A stretch of 64,000 bases of DNA from Planctomycetota bacterium (GCA_038213805.1 JBBQSO010000021.1:1-64000), one strand, 5' to 3'. Positions 8,972 through 18,194 are shown, counted from the first letter of the stretch. Program-made: numbers and translations. Notes: a model not told the origin generated them from the letters alone.

Positions 8972-9763
8972 TCAATGCACCGCTGCCGCGGCCTCGACCC
9001 CGGCGTGTGCGAAGTGCTGCCGACGGCGTTCGAGACGGCCATCGGCGAAGCCCTCTACCCAATGACCGGCATCGCCCGGCCAGTCGCCGACCAGGATGAG
9101 GTCGACGCCGCCGATGCGCCGCCGCCAGCTCTCGTGAATATGGCCGGCGATCAGGACGCCGTCGCCAAGGCCGCGCGCCGCGCCCTGGACGCGGCGCCGG
9201 TCGATGAACACGCGCGGCCTGGAACCCGCGGGGCGCAGCGCGCGCTGGCGGTGCTGTGCGCGGCTGCCGCGACGCATCTGCTGCGCCACCAGGTCCTGCG
9301 CCCAGGCCGGATAGCAGGCCTGCCAGGCGCGCCACCAGAACGACCCCAGCCAGGCGGCGAAAGCGCGATAGCCCGGGTCATGGCAGAGGCGGTCGCCGTG
9401 GACCACGCGCACGCGCTGCGGTCCGGTCTGGAGGTCGAGGGCCGGCCAGTGCAGGTGGCAACCGCTCGCGGCCTCAAGCCGGCGACCGGCAACCAGCTCG
9501 CGGTTGCCGCGCACCAGATCCAGGCGCCAGCCGGCCGCGCGCAGGGCGCGCAGGCGGTTCAGGACCGCGGCATGGCTGGCCACGCCGGTGTCGGTCTCCA
9601 ACCAGTAGTCGAAGAGGTCACCCAGCAGCACCAGCCGCGCCGGCGGACGCGCCAAGAGCTGATCAAGGAAGGCGGCGAAGGCGCTCGGCCGCCCCGCGAG
9701 GTGGACGTCACCGGCGATGTAGAGCACCGGCTGCGCAGCGGGCTGTCCCGGGGTGGCCACCAT
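8972..9763 (-). CDS. lpxH: UDP-2,3-diacylglucosamine hydrolase-like metallophosphoesterase
   Basis: DVH, GDLFDYW, GNRE, HGD, GHIH, GDW motifs. Confidence 0.78.
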   Translation of the reverse strand: MVATPGQPAAQPVLYIAGDVHLAGRPSAFAAFLDQLLARPPARLVLLGDLFDYWLETDTGVASHAAVLNRLRALRAAGWRLDLVRGNRELVAGRRLEAASGCHLHWPALDLQTGPQRVRVVHGDRLCHDPGYRAFAAWLGSFWWRAWQACYPAWAQDLVAQQMRRGSRAQHRQRALRPAGSRPRVFIDRRRVQGAARGLGDGVLIAGHIHESWRRRIGGVDLILVGDWPGDAGHWVEGFADGRLERRRQHFAHAGVEAAAAVH

Positions 9764-9789
9764 CGTCCTCCACGCAGAGGATACGGGGA

Positions 9790-9897
9790 GAGAGGATGGG
9801 AAAAAGGGCGGAAGGGCGGATGGGCGGAAGGGCGAGCGTCGGCATTGTGCATTTCCGATTCCCCCTTCTTCCCCTCTTTCTCACTTCCTCCCTTCCC
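9790..9897. repeat. Degenerate purine-rich (GGAAGGGC-like) tract followed by a pyrimidine-rich tract
   Basis: Between divergent lpxH and truA; the left tract is loosely complementary to the right tract. Confidence 0.55.
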
Positions 9898-9968
9898 GTC
9901 CGGCAGTCTTCGCTTGCCTGCGCCCGACGGTGCTGGCGGCCAGTTCACCATGCGGATACATCTCGGCG

Positions 9969-10733
9969 ATGCCGACCTTCGCCCTGCTCCTGGCCTATGA
10001 CGGCACCGCCTTCGCCGGCTGGTGGCGGCAGGCGGGGACGCGGACGGTCGCCGGCGAACTTGACGCGGCGTGCGCGCGGCTGGGCGAACCGGAGGCGCGC
10101 GCCGTGGGGGCAAGCCGGACGGACGCGGGTGTGCACGCGCGCGGACAGGTCGCGCACCTGGTCACGCGCCGCGCGTGGGGCGTGGGCGAGCTGGCGCGGG
10201 CGCTCGCCCTTCAGCTACCCGGGGATATCGCCTGCCGCGCGGTCGCGCCCGTTTCCGACGACTGGCACGCCTGCCATGCGGCGACCGGCAAGACCTACCG
10301 CTACACGCTCGACAACGGCGCGGTCGGCGACCCCTTCGTGGGTCACCACGCCTGGCGACCGCCGTTCCGCCTCGCGCCCGCCGCGCTGCGCGCCGCCGCC
10401 ACCGGCGTCTCCGGGCGCCGCGACTGGCGCGCCTTCGCGCGCCGCGGCGACGCGCGCGCTGATCTGGTGCGCACCCTGACGCGGGTCGAGTGGACCGCGC
10501 ACGGCCCGCAGCTGATCTGCACCATCGCCGGCGAGGCCTTCGTCTACCGTCTGGTGCGCAGCCTGGTCGGTGCGATGGTCGCGGTCGCGCACGGCGGCTG
10601 CACGCGCGCCGAACTCGACACCGCGCTCGCTGGCGAGCCATCGCCCGCCGGCCGCCAGCAGGCCCCCGCGCATGGACTGTGCCTGGACGAGGTGGACTAC
10701 GCGACGCCGCCCGCGTGGGTCCTCCCCGGTTGA
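9969..10733 (+). CDS. truA: tRNA pseudouridine(38-40) synthase
   Basis: AYDGTAFAGW, GASRTDAGVHARGQ, KTYRY, FVYRLVRSLVG, APAHGLCL; ATG at 9969. Confidence 0.93.
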   Translation: MPTFALLLAYDGTAFAGWWRQAGTRTVAGELDAACARLGEPEARAVGASRTDAGVHARGQVAHLVTRRAWGVGELARALALQLPGDIACRAVAPVSDDWHACHAATGKTYRYTLDNGAVGDPFVGHHAWRPPFRLAPAALRAAATGVSGRRDWRAFARRGDARADLVRTLTRVEWTAHGPQLICTIAGEAFVYRLVRSLVGAMVAVAHGGCTRAELDTALAGEPSPAGRQQAPAHGLCLDEVDYATPPAWVLPG

Positions 10734-10745
10734 CTCCCGCCTCGG

Positions 10746-10762
10746 GTATTACATCGTCATAC
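10746..10762. promoter_or_regulatory. Putative operator palindrome GTATTAC-ATC-GTCATAC
   Basis: Inverted repeat with one mismatch, just before the GGAG RBS of the RHH gene; TTGACT at 10730..10735. Confidence 0.55.
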
Positions 10763-10773
10763 CGGGAGCCGCC

Positions 10774-11055
10774 ATGCCTGAAAGCCCGCAGACCGTGGTC
10801 TCCTTCAAGGCCGATCGCGAACTGCTGCGCCTGCTCAAGGGCGTGCGCAACCGCTCGGCGTTCATCCGCGATGCGGTGGTCGCGGCGTTGGGCGAGCACT
10901 GCCCACTGTGCCTGGGCAGTGGCACGGTGGACAGCGAGGAGCGCCGCCGCTGGGTCGAATTCGCCGCGCACCACCCGGTCGCCGAGTGCGCGCGTTGCCA
11001 CCAGCACGTCTTCACCTGCCACCGCCGCCCGGTGAAGCACGCATGCCGGAAATGA
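10774..11055 (+). CDS. Ribbon-helix-helix (CopG-like) regulator with a Cys/His-rich C-terminal domain
   Basis: VVSFKAD strand plus NRSAFIRDAV helix; CPLC, HH, CARCHQH, CH, HAC; GGAG RBS; ATGA overlap with the next gene. Confidence 0.8.
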   Translation: MPESPQTVVSFKADRELLRLLKGVRNRSAFIRDAVVAALGEHCPLCLGSGTVDSEERRRWVEFAAHHPVAECARCHQHVFTCHRRPVKHACRK

Positions 11056-11507
11056 GCCCGCAGGCCAGCGCGCGGACGGACGCGCTCGGTTTCACCGCTG
11101 GGGCGCCGCTGCGGCTGCTCGCCGCGGCCGCTTTCGCCGTGACCGCATTCGGCGCCGTGGCCCTCGCCACCGGCGCGCCGCCGGCGCAGACGCCCGTACC
11201 AGCCGCGCCGCCAGCCGACATTGCCACCGGCATGCTCGATGTGACCATCACCGCCACCTACCCGGTGGCGTCGTGGACCGTGCAGGGGCCAACCGGCGCG
11301 CTCAGTCCGCACGTCGCCGACGCCACGCGCTGGCAGGGCGCGGTACCCTGCGCCACGGCCGGCATGGTGCGCCTATTCGTGCAGGCCGACCACCAGGATG
11401 CGCTGCACGCCGGGCCGGCGGCGCTGCGCGTGGCATGGCAGGGCGGCGCAGCGCTGGTGTGGGGCGAGGGCTTCGTCGCCGACACCGTCAGCGTGGGTGG
11501 ACCATGA
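11052..11507 (+). CDS. Hypothetical exported or membrane-anchored protein (151 aa)
   Basis: ATGA overlaps at both ends; hydrophobic N-terminal helix, Pro-rich linker, beta-rich domain. Confidence 0.75.
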   Translation: MSPQASARTDALGFTAGAPLRLLAAAAFAVTAFGAVALATGAPPAQTPVPAAPPADIATGMLDVTITATYPVASWTVQGPTGALSPHVADATRWQGAVPCATAGMVRLFVQADHQDALHAGPAALRVAWQGGAALVWGEGFVADTVSVGGP

Positions 11508-12358
11508 GCCGCGACGCGCTGGCGCTGGACGACGTCACCGTCTGCTACCGCCGCACCCCGGCGGTGCACCACCTCTCCGCGACGCTGCGCTGCGGCACGC
11601 TTACCGCACTGATGGGGCCCAACGGCGCGGGCAAAAGCACCCTGCTGCGCGCCATCCTCGGCTGGCAGCCGTTGACCACCGGCAGCATCACTTTGGGCGG
11701 CGTGCCGGCGCGGCGCGCGCTGGCCCGCATCAGCTACCTGCCGCAGCGCAGCGCGGTCGACTGGGACTTCCCCATCACCGTGCGCGAGGTGGTGGCGATG
11801 GGCCGCTATCAGAGCCGCGGCCTGTTCGCGCGTTTTACAGCGGCCGACCACGATGCGGTCGCGGATGCGCTCACCGAAATGGACCTCGCCTGGCTGCAGG
11901 ATCGCCAGATCGCGCAGCTCTCGGGCGGCCAGCAGCAGCGCACCTTCCTGGCGCGCGCGGTGGCCTCGGGCGCCGACGTGTTCCTGCTCGACGAGCCCTT
12001 CGTCGGCCTCGATCCGACTTCGACCGCAGACCTCGTGCAGCGCCTGAACACCTGGGCGGCGCAGGGTCGCCTGGTGGTGGCGGTGGTGCATGACGTCGCA
12101 CTGGCGCGCGCGCATTTCCAGGAAGCGCTGCTGGTGGCGCGCAGCCTGGTCGCCGCCGGTCCGGTCGCCGCGACCCTGGCCGACGCGAACCTGGCGCGCG
12201 CGTATGGCGCCGCCTGGCCGCTGGCCCGGCCGCAGGCCGATCAAGCCCTCGCCCTGCCCGATCTCGGCGGCGTGCTGCGGACCCAGGCGCGCAGCGCCCC
12301 ACGCCCGACCGCCCAGCCCGGTACCAGCGCGGTGCGCCCGGCGGAGCGCCGACCATGA
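11504..12358 (+). CDS. Zn/Mn-type metal ABC transporter ATPase (ZnuC-like)
   Basis: GPNGAGKST, YLPQRSAVDWDFPITVREVV, LSGGQQQR, LLDEPF, VHD. Confidence 0.92.
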   Translation: MSRDALALDDVTVCYRRTPAVHHLSATLRCGTLTALMGPNGAGKSTLLRAILGWQPLTTGSITLGGVPARRALARISYLPQRSAVDWDFPITVREVVAMGRYQSRGLFARFTAADHDAVADALTEMDLAWLQDRQIAQLSGGQQQRTFLARAVASGADVFLLDEPFVGLDPTSTADLVQRLNTWAAQGRLVVAVVHDVALARAHFQEALLVARSLVAAGPVAATLADANLARAYGAAWPLARPQADQALALPDLGGVLRTQARSAPRPTAQPGTSAVRPAERRP

Positions 12359-13275
12359 GCGAACTGCACGACTGGCTCAGCGCGCCGTTCGCGCCCGAGC
12401 ACCGCTTCCTGTGGCGGGCGCTGCTGATGTGCGCGCTGCTCGGCGCCAGTGCCAGCCTGCTCGGCTGCGTGCTGGTGGTGCGCCGGCTCTCGCTGCTCGG
12501 CGACGCGCTGGCGCACTCGCTGCTGCCCGGCGTTGGCCTGGCCTGGCTGATGTTCGGTACCAGCCTGGGCGCGCTGTTCATCGGCGGGCTCGCCGCGGGG
12601 CTGCTCACTGCGCTCGGCAGCGGCGTGCTCAGCCGCCTGACTCGGGTCAAGGAGGACGCCTCCTTCGCCGGCCTGTTCCTCACCCTGTTCGCGCTCGGCG
12701 TGGCCCTGGTCAGCCGCGTCGGCACGCCAGTCGATCTGCTGCACGTGCTGTTCGGCAACATCCTCGGCATCACCGGCGCCGACCTGTGGCTGGCAGCCGG
12801 CGTCTCGACCCTGACCGTCAGCGCCTTCGCGCTGTTCTACCGCGCCATCCTCATCGAGTGCTTCGACCCCTCCTACCACCGCGCCTGCGGCGGCCGTGGC
12901 GCACTCACCCATCTCGGCCTGCTCGCCCTGATCGTGCTCAACTTGGTCGCCGCGCTGCACGCACTGGGCGGCGTGCTCGCTCTCGGCCTATTCATGCTGC
13001 CCGCCGTCACCGCCTACCTGTGGTGCGACCGCTGGGGGACCATGCTCGCCTTCTCCGTCGTCTATTGCGTCCTCGGCGGGGCACTGGGCCTGCTGCTCAG
13101 CGTGCCCACCGCGCTGGCTTCCGGACCGTGCATGGTCGGCGTGCTCGGCATCGGTTTCCTCCTGTCCGCAGTGCTCAGCCCGCGTCACGGCCTGCTCGGC
13201 CGCCTGCTGCGGCCGCACCACCATCATAATGAGCATGGGGATGAGGAGGGCGTGATGCCGGGGCATAGGCATTGA
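12355..13275 (+). CDS. Zn/Mn-type metal ABC transporter permease (ZnuB-like) with His-rich tail
   Basis: RRLSLLGDALAHSLLPG, LFGNIL, FDP; C-terminal HHHHNEHGDEE...GHRH. Confidence 0.92.
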   Translation: MSELHDWLSAPFAPEHRFLWRALLMCALLGASASLLGCVLVVRRLSLLGDALAHSLLPGVGLAWLMFGTSLGALFIGGLAAGLLTALGSGVLSRLTRVKEDASFAGLFLTLFALGVALVSRVGTPVDLLHVLFGNILGITGADLWLAAGVSTLTVSAFALFYRAILIECFDPSYHRACGGRGALTHLGLLALIVLNLVAALHALGGVLALGLFMLPAVTAYLWCDRWGTMLAFSVVYCVLGGALGLLLSVPTALASGPCMVGVLGIGFLLSAVLSPRHGLLGRLLRPHHHHNEHGDEEGVMPGHRH

Positions 13276-13280
13276 TTGCG

Positions 13281-13371
13281 GCTGATGGCTGATGGCTGAT
13301 AGCTGATAGCTGATAGCTGATAGCTGATAGCTGATAGCTGATAGCTGATAGCTGATAGCTGATAGCTGATA
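13281..13371. repeat. Heptamer array (GCTGATG)x2(GCTGATA)x11
   Basis: 13 copies, 5 bp after the permease stop. Confidence 0.97.
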
Positions 13372-13442
13372 GCGAAACCGGCATCGGGTATTCTTGCGGT
13401 TGGATTGATCACGCAGAGTTTTCGCACTGCCCCGGACCGGGG

Positions 13443-13488
13443 GCCATCAGCCATCAGCCATCAGCCATCAGCCATCAGCCATCAGCCA
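13443..13488. repeat. Heptamer array (GCCATCA)x6.5
   Basis: Inverted partner of 13281..13371; abuts the stop of the convergent gene. Confidence 0.97.
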
Positions 13489-13492
13489 GTAC

Positions 13493-14299
13493 TCACCACC
13501 GCCCCGCGGTATCCTGCGCCAAATGCTTCTTGATGTACTCGAAGCTGATGCGCGCTGACTCGAATGGATCCCCCGGGCACACATCCTGTTCAACGATGAA
13601 CCACTCGCAGCCCGACTTGTCGGCGGCGGAGATGATCGCCGGCCAGTTGAGATTGCCGCTGCCGATCTCCATCATCGTGCCGGCCTTGTCGTCGCTGCTG
13701 ACGCCGTAGTCCTTGAGGTGCAGCAGCGGGATGCGGCGCTTGAGCTTGCGGCACCACTCCGCGGGATCGCCGCCGCCGGCCTGGATCCAGTAGGTGTCGA
13801 TTTCGGCCTGTACGTACTGGCGGCCGGTGTGTGCAAAAATCATGTCGAGCATGGTCTGCCCATCGAACTTGCGCAGCTCGAGAGCGTGGTTGTGGTAAGT
13901 CAGCACCAGGCCGGCCTTGCGCAGGGCGCGCCCGGCCTTGTCCAGCGCCGAGGCGAGCGCCAGGACCTCTTCAACGGTCGACACCGGCAGGTGCGGATGC
14001 GGGTAAGCGGTGAAGCGCGTGCCGAGGCGCTGCAGGCGGTCGATGACCTTGTCGGTCTCGTCGATGATCGCGCTGCCGGGCTCGTGCGTGGCACAGATCA
14101 CCAAGCCCTCGTCGGCGCAGATGCGCACGATGTCGCGCTCGTCGATCGGACCGATGTTGCTGATCTGCACGGCGGAGTAGCCGATCGCCTTGACCCGCCG
14201 CGCGGTGGTGGCGAGCTCGCCGGCGGTGCGGCAGAAATCCCGGAGATTATAGAGCTGGAGGGCGACCTGGGCGATTCTCACAGCGGCGATGCTAGCCAC
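13493..14299 (-). CDS. Sugar phosphate isomerase/epimerase (xylose isomerase-like TIM barrel)
   Basis: YHNHALE, EIDTYW, LHLKD, GSGNLNW, VEQD; alternative GTG start at 14281. Confidence 0.9.
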   Translation of the reverse strand: MASIAAVRIAQVALQLYNLRDFCRTAGELATTARRVKAIGYSAVQISNIGPIDERDIVRICADEGLVICATHEPGSAIIDETDKVIDRLQRLGTRFTAYPHPHLPVSTVEEVLALASALDKAGRALRKAGLVLTYHNHALELRKFDGQTMLDMIFAHTGRQYVQAEIDTYWIQAGGGDPAEWCRKLKRRIPLLHLKDYGVSSDDKAGTMMEIGSGNLNWPAIISAADKSGCEWFIVEQDVCPGDPFESARISFEYIKKHLAQDTAGRW

Positions 14300-14382
14300 C
14301 CCCGCCGCCCGCGCATCCCCCCTCCCTCACCACCTTGGATCCGTGACGCGAGTGGACGCGGACGGTTTTCGCCGCGCTCTGA

Positions 14383-15192
14383 TCAGGCCCAGGAGCGCCC
14401 CCGGGCGCGGCGGTAATCGGACGGAGCCACTCCGACGCTGCGCTTGAAGAGTCGCGAGAAGTGGCTGAACGAGCTCAGCCCGACCGCGCTGGCGATGGCG
14501 GTGACCGGCTGGGTGGTCTCCAGCAGCAGCGCCTTGGCGCGCGCGAGGCGCATCTCGGTGAGGCGGCCGAGCACGGTCTTGCCGGTGGTGGCGCGGAACA
14601 GCCGGGCGAGGTGCGGCTCGCTGACCCCGACTTCGTCGGCGATGGTGCCGCGCAGCAGCGTGCGGTGCAGCTGGGCCCCCATGAAGACCTCGGCGCGCGT
14701 CACCACCTCCTGGTGGCGGCCGGCATTGAGCGGTGACAGCCCCTCGCCCTGGCCGCTCGTGCGCCGCGCCCCGCGCAGCTGGCCGATGAGCAGCCGCACC
14801 ACCAGGGCGCTGGTCAGCCAGGCGCTGTCGGGGCGGGTCTCGCCGTGCAGCTCGCCGACCAGGGCGAGCAGGTCCTCACGCAGCTCGACGGGCAGGCGCT
14901 GCACGCGGCCCACGAGCGGCGCGAGATCGAGGCGCTGGGCGTCGAACAGGCACAGCACGTAGCCCGGCGCCTTGCGCCGGCACCACATCTCGCGCTTGAC
15001 CCGCGGCGGCACCAGCAGCGATTCCTCGGGGTGCAGCTCGTGGCTCTTGCCGTCGACGCTCGCGGTGATGCCGCCATGCAGGCAGATCAGCCACTGGTAC
15101 GCGCGCTGCTGGTGCACGCCGGTGCGATACGCGGTATCGGCCTCGCGGTAGGCCAGGCTGTCGATGCGGATGGGGAAGGCGTTGGCGGTCAT
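14383..15192 (-). CDS. AraC family transcriptional regulator
   Basis: N-terminal cupin; SEPHLARLFR and IASAVGLSSFSHFSRLFKRSVGVAPSDYR. Confidence 0.93.
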   Translation of the reverse strand: MTANAFPIRIDSLAYREADTAYRTGVHQQRAYQWLICLHGGITASVDGKSHELHPEESLLVPPRVKREMWCRRKAPGYVLCLFDAQRLDLAPLVGRVQRLPVELREDLLALVGELHGETRPDSAWLTSALVVRLLIGQLRGARRTSGQGEGLSPLNAGRHQEVVTRAEVFMGAQLHRTLLRGTIADEVGVSEPHLARLFRATTGKTVLGRLTEMRLARAKALLLETTQPVTAIASAVGLSSFSHFSRLFKRSVGVAPSDYRRARGRSWA

Positions 15193-15325
15193 CGGGCGTG
15201 GTGTGGAGTATACCCGTCGCGCGTCCAGATGTTCGCGCCGAAATCGAGGGCTTTGTCGACCGGCTCACCACAGAGGCGCAGGGTTGATGCCGCGACCACG
15301 GGGCCGCGCTGGTCAGGGAAGCTGC

Positions 15326-16309
15326 TCAGACCCGGGGCTCCTGCAGCGCCTGGCGAAGGCGCGCGGTGATCTCGCGTTCGGCGCTGGTGAGGTCGCCGAT
15401 GAAGGTACAGCCGGCTGCCTGCAGATGACCGCCGCCGCCGAAGGCCTGCGCCACCGGGCCGACCGCGAAGGGCGGATTGGAGCGTAGGCTGGCGCGCACG
15501 GTCTTGCCGTCCTTGCCCTCGCGCAGCAGGTAGGCGACCTCATTGCCGGCCAGGCTGCGCGGCACCTCGACTAGGTCTCCCCAATCCTCGGGCTCGCCGA
15601 CCGCAGCGACGGCGGCGGCGCTCAGCACGATGCCGGCCAGGCGCGGCTCCACGTCATCGACGCGCAGGTTCTCGATGGCCAGCTTCTGGATCTGCAGGTC
15701 CTTGGGCTTCTTGGTGTAGGTCAGCGCGCGGTTGATCGCCGCGGCGTCGATGCCGGCATCCAGCAGCTTGGCCGTCCAGCGGAAGGTGTGGGCGGTGGTG
15801 TTGCTGTGCATGAAGCGGCCGGTGTCGAAGACGATGGTCGTGTACAGGCACTCGGCCAGGGTACGGTCGAGCGGCACCTTCATGCGCCGCAGCAGGCCCT
15901 CGACGACCACGCCCGAGCTCTCGCCCGCGACGTCGACCAGGTTGATGTCGCCGAAGCGGGTGTTGGTGATGTGGTGGTCGAGGTTGATCAGGGTGCCGCG
16001 CCGCACCTCGGCGACCGCTCCGAGACGTTCGCGGTCGCCGGCGTCGCAGCTGATCATCACGTCGGCCGGCGCCTGCGCCGCGGCCTGGGCGGCGTCCGCG
16101 ACCACCGCGATTCGCGCGAAGCCGGGCAGGAAGGCATAGGTTGACACCACCCGGCTCGGGCACAGGAAGCGCACCTGCTTGCCCAGCCCCTCAAGGGCAT
16201 GGACCAGGGCCAGACCGGCACCGACGCCATCGCCGTCGGGATTGATGTGGGTGGTGACGATGACGCTGCCGGCGGCGGCGAGGGCCTTGGCGGCTGAGGC
16301 GTAAGACAC
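15326..16309 (-). CDS. nrnA: DHH family phosphoesterase (NrnA-like oligoribonuclease / pAp phosphatase)
   Basis: HINPDGD, DHH, DTGRF, SLRS, GGGGHLQAAG; GTG start at 16309 chosen because the longer ORF runs into repeats. Confidence 0.85.
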   Translation of the reverse strand: MSYASAAKALAAAGSVIVTTHINPDGDGVGAGLALVHALEGLGKQVRFLCPSRVVSTYAFLPGFARIAVVADAAQAAAQAPADVMISCDAGDRERLGAVAEVRRGTLINLDHHITNTRFGDINLVDVAGESSGVVVEGLLRRMKVPLDRTLAECLYTTIVFDTGRFMHSNTTAHTFRWTAKLLDAGIDAAAINRALTYTKKPKDLQIQKLAIENLRVDDVEPRLAGIVLSAAAVAAVGEPEDWGDLVEVPRSLAGNEVAYLLREGKDGKTVRASLRSNPPFAVGPVAQAFGGGGHLQAAGCTFIGDLTSAEREITARLRQALQEPRV

Positions 16310-16385
16310 GGTGCAGTCCAGGGGTTGCGTGGTGGTATAGGGGAGTATCCGCTGGATGGCAGGTGTGTCCAGCGCAGCGCGTTGT

Positions 16386-16404
16386 ACGGCTGACGGCTGA
16401 CGGC
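16386..16404. repeat. Short (ACGGCTG)x2.7 array
   Basis: Left, G-rich partner of the 16451 array. Confidence 0.7.
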
Positions 16405-16450
16405 CGGCGGACGACGGCGTCAGACGTCCTCCGCCACGCGCGGATGCTCC

Positions 16451-16520
16451 GCCATCAGCCATCAGCCATCAGCCATCAGCCATCAGCCATTAGCCATTAG
16501 CCATTAGCCATTAGCCATCA
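16451..16520. repeat. Heptamer array (GCCATCA)x5(GCCATTA)x4(GCCATCA)
   Basis: 10 copies upstream of pyk. Confidence 0.97.
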
Positions 16521-16602
16521 CTTCCACCCATGGACCCTATGAACACCCGATCGACATTTCCACAACTTGGCAGTGCCAGCGCGCAACCTAGGATCCCCAC
16601 CC

Positions 16603-18078
16603 ATGACAACCGACGCCAAGGTCCAGAACGCCTCTTCCACCCCCGTCACCACGATGACCCCGCGCGCCCGCAAACGTACCAAGGTGGTGGCGACGATCGG
16701 TCCCGCGAGCAGCAGTGAGGAGGTGATGCGCGCCCTGTTCCACGCCGGCATGAACGTCGCCCGCCTCAACATGAGCCACGGCGACCACGCCGACCACCTC
16801 GCCCGCCTGAACCTGGTCCGCAAGGTCAGCAAGGAACTGCAGCGCCCGGTCGCAGCGCTCGCAGACCTGCAGGGCCCCAAGATCCGCACCGGCCGCCTCA
16901 AGGACAACGTGCCAGTCGAGTGGAAGTCCGGGACCAAGACCGTGATCACCGTTGCGGACTGCCCCGCCGGCACCGCCGAGCGCGTCGGCACGACCTACGC
17001 CGGTCTGGCCGGCGACGTGGTGCCGGGCAATATCCTGCTCGTCGACGATGGCCGCATGCGCATCCAGGTCGACCACGTCAAGGGCGACGACATCCACTGC
17101 ACGGTCATCGTCGGTGGCATGCTCAAGAGCAACAAGGGCATCAACCTGCCCGGGGTCAAGGTCAGCACCCCGTCGCTGAGCGACAAGGACAAGGCCGACC
17201 TGGCCTGGGCCATCGCCAACGACGTCGACTACATCGCGCTGAGCTTCGTGCGCACCGCACGCGACGTACGCAACCTCAAGAACCGCATCGCCGAATCCGG
17301 CCGCAACATCCCGATCATCGCCAAGATCGAGAAGGGCGAGGCGGTCGAGAACATCGAGGAGATCCTTGGCGAAGCCGACGGGATCATGGTCGCGCGCGGC
17401 GACCTCGGCATCGAGATCTCGACCCAGCGCCTGCCGGTGGTGCAGAAAGACCTCATCACCAGCGCCAACAAACTCGGCAAGCTGGTCATCACTGCCACCC
17501 AGATGCTCGAGTCGATGATCGAGAACCCGATCCCGACGCGCGCCGAGTCGTCGGACGTGGCCAACGCCATCTTCGACGGCAGCGACGCGATCATGCTCTC
17601 GGGCGAGACCGCGACCGGCAAGTTCCCGGTCGAGGCCGTCGAGGAGATGACGCGCATCGCCATCGAGGCCGAGAAGAGCCCGTACATGGCGCGCGAGAAG
17701 CTCAACCGCGAGGCCAGCACCTTCAATCACTTCGCCATGGCGATGAGCGGCGCCGCCGACTACCTGGCGCGCGAGATTTCAGCCGACGGCGTGATGATCG
17801 TCAGCCACGGCACCGAGAAGGCCCTGCTGCTGTCCAAGCGCCGCGGCCAAATCCCGCTGCTCGCGCTGTGTTACGAGGAGCGCACCTGGCGGCAGATGAG
17901 CCTGTTCTGGGGCATCGTGCCGCTGCAGATCTCCTACCGCGACAACCTCAACGACCTGCTCGAAGCCGCCACCGAGGAGAGCATCCGCCACGGCGTCTTC
18001 AAGGACGGCGACACGGTGGTGGTGATCAGCGGAGTGTCGAGCCAGGGGGCGAACACGATCAAGGTGCATACCATCTGA
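16603..18078 (+). CDS. pyk: Pyruvate kinase
   Basis: RTKVVATIGPAS, ARLNMSHG, DLQGPKIR, IIAKIEK, IMVARGDLG, ATQMLESM, MLSGETA. Confidence 0.98.
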   Translation: MTTDAKVQNASSTPVTTMTPRARKRTKVVATIGPASSSEEVMRALFHAGMNVARLNMSHGDHADHLARLNLVRKVSKELQRPVAALADLQGPKIRTGRLKDNVPVEWKSGTKTVITVADCPAGTAERVGTTYAGLAGDVVPGNILLVDDGRMRIQVDHVKGDDIHCTVIVGGMLKSNKGINLPGVKVSTPSLSDKDKADLAWAIANDVDYIALSFVRTARDVRNLKNRIAESGRNIPIIAKIEKGEAVENIEEILGEADGIMVARGDLGIEISTQRLPVVQKDLITSANKLGKLVITATQMLESMIENPIPTRAESSDVANAIFDGSDAIMLSGETATGKFPVEAVEEMTRIAIEAEKSPYMAREKLNREASTFNHFAMAMSGAADYLAREISADGVMIVSHGTEKALLLSKRRGQIPLLALCYEERTWRQMSLFWGIVPLQISYRDNLNDLLEAATEESIRHGVFKDGDTVVVISGVSSQGANTIKVHTI

Positions 18079-18089
18079 GGATTGCCACC

Positions 18090-18194
18090 GTCCGGAGGTC
18101 CGGGGGTCCGGAAGTCGAGAATCGGCTGATGGCTGATGGCTGATGGCTGATGGCGGATGGCTGATGGCTGATGGCTGATGGCTGATGGTTGATG
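18090..18194. repeat. Degenerate octamer (TCCGGAAG-like)x3 then heptamer (GCTGATG)x10 at 18125..18194
   Basis: Directly after the pyk stop; two variant units (GCGGATG, GTTGATG). Confidence 0.93.
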
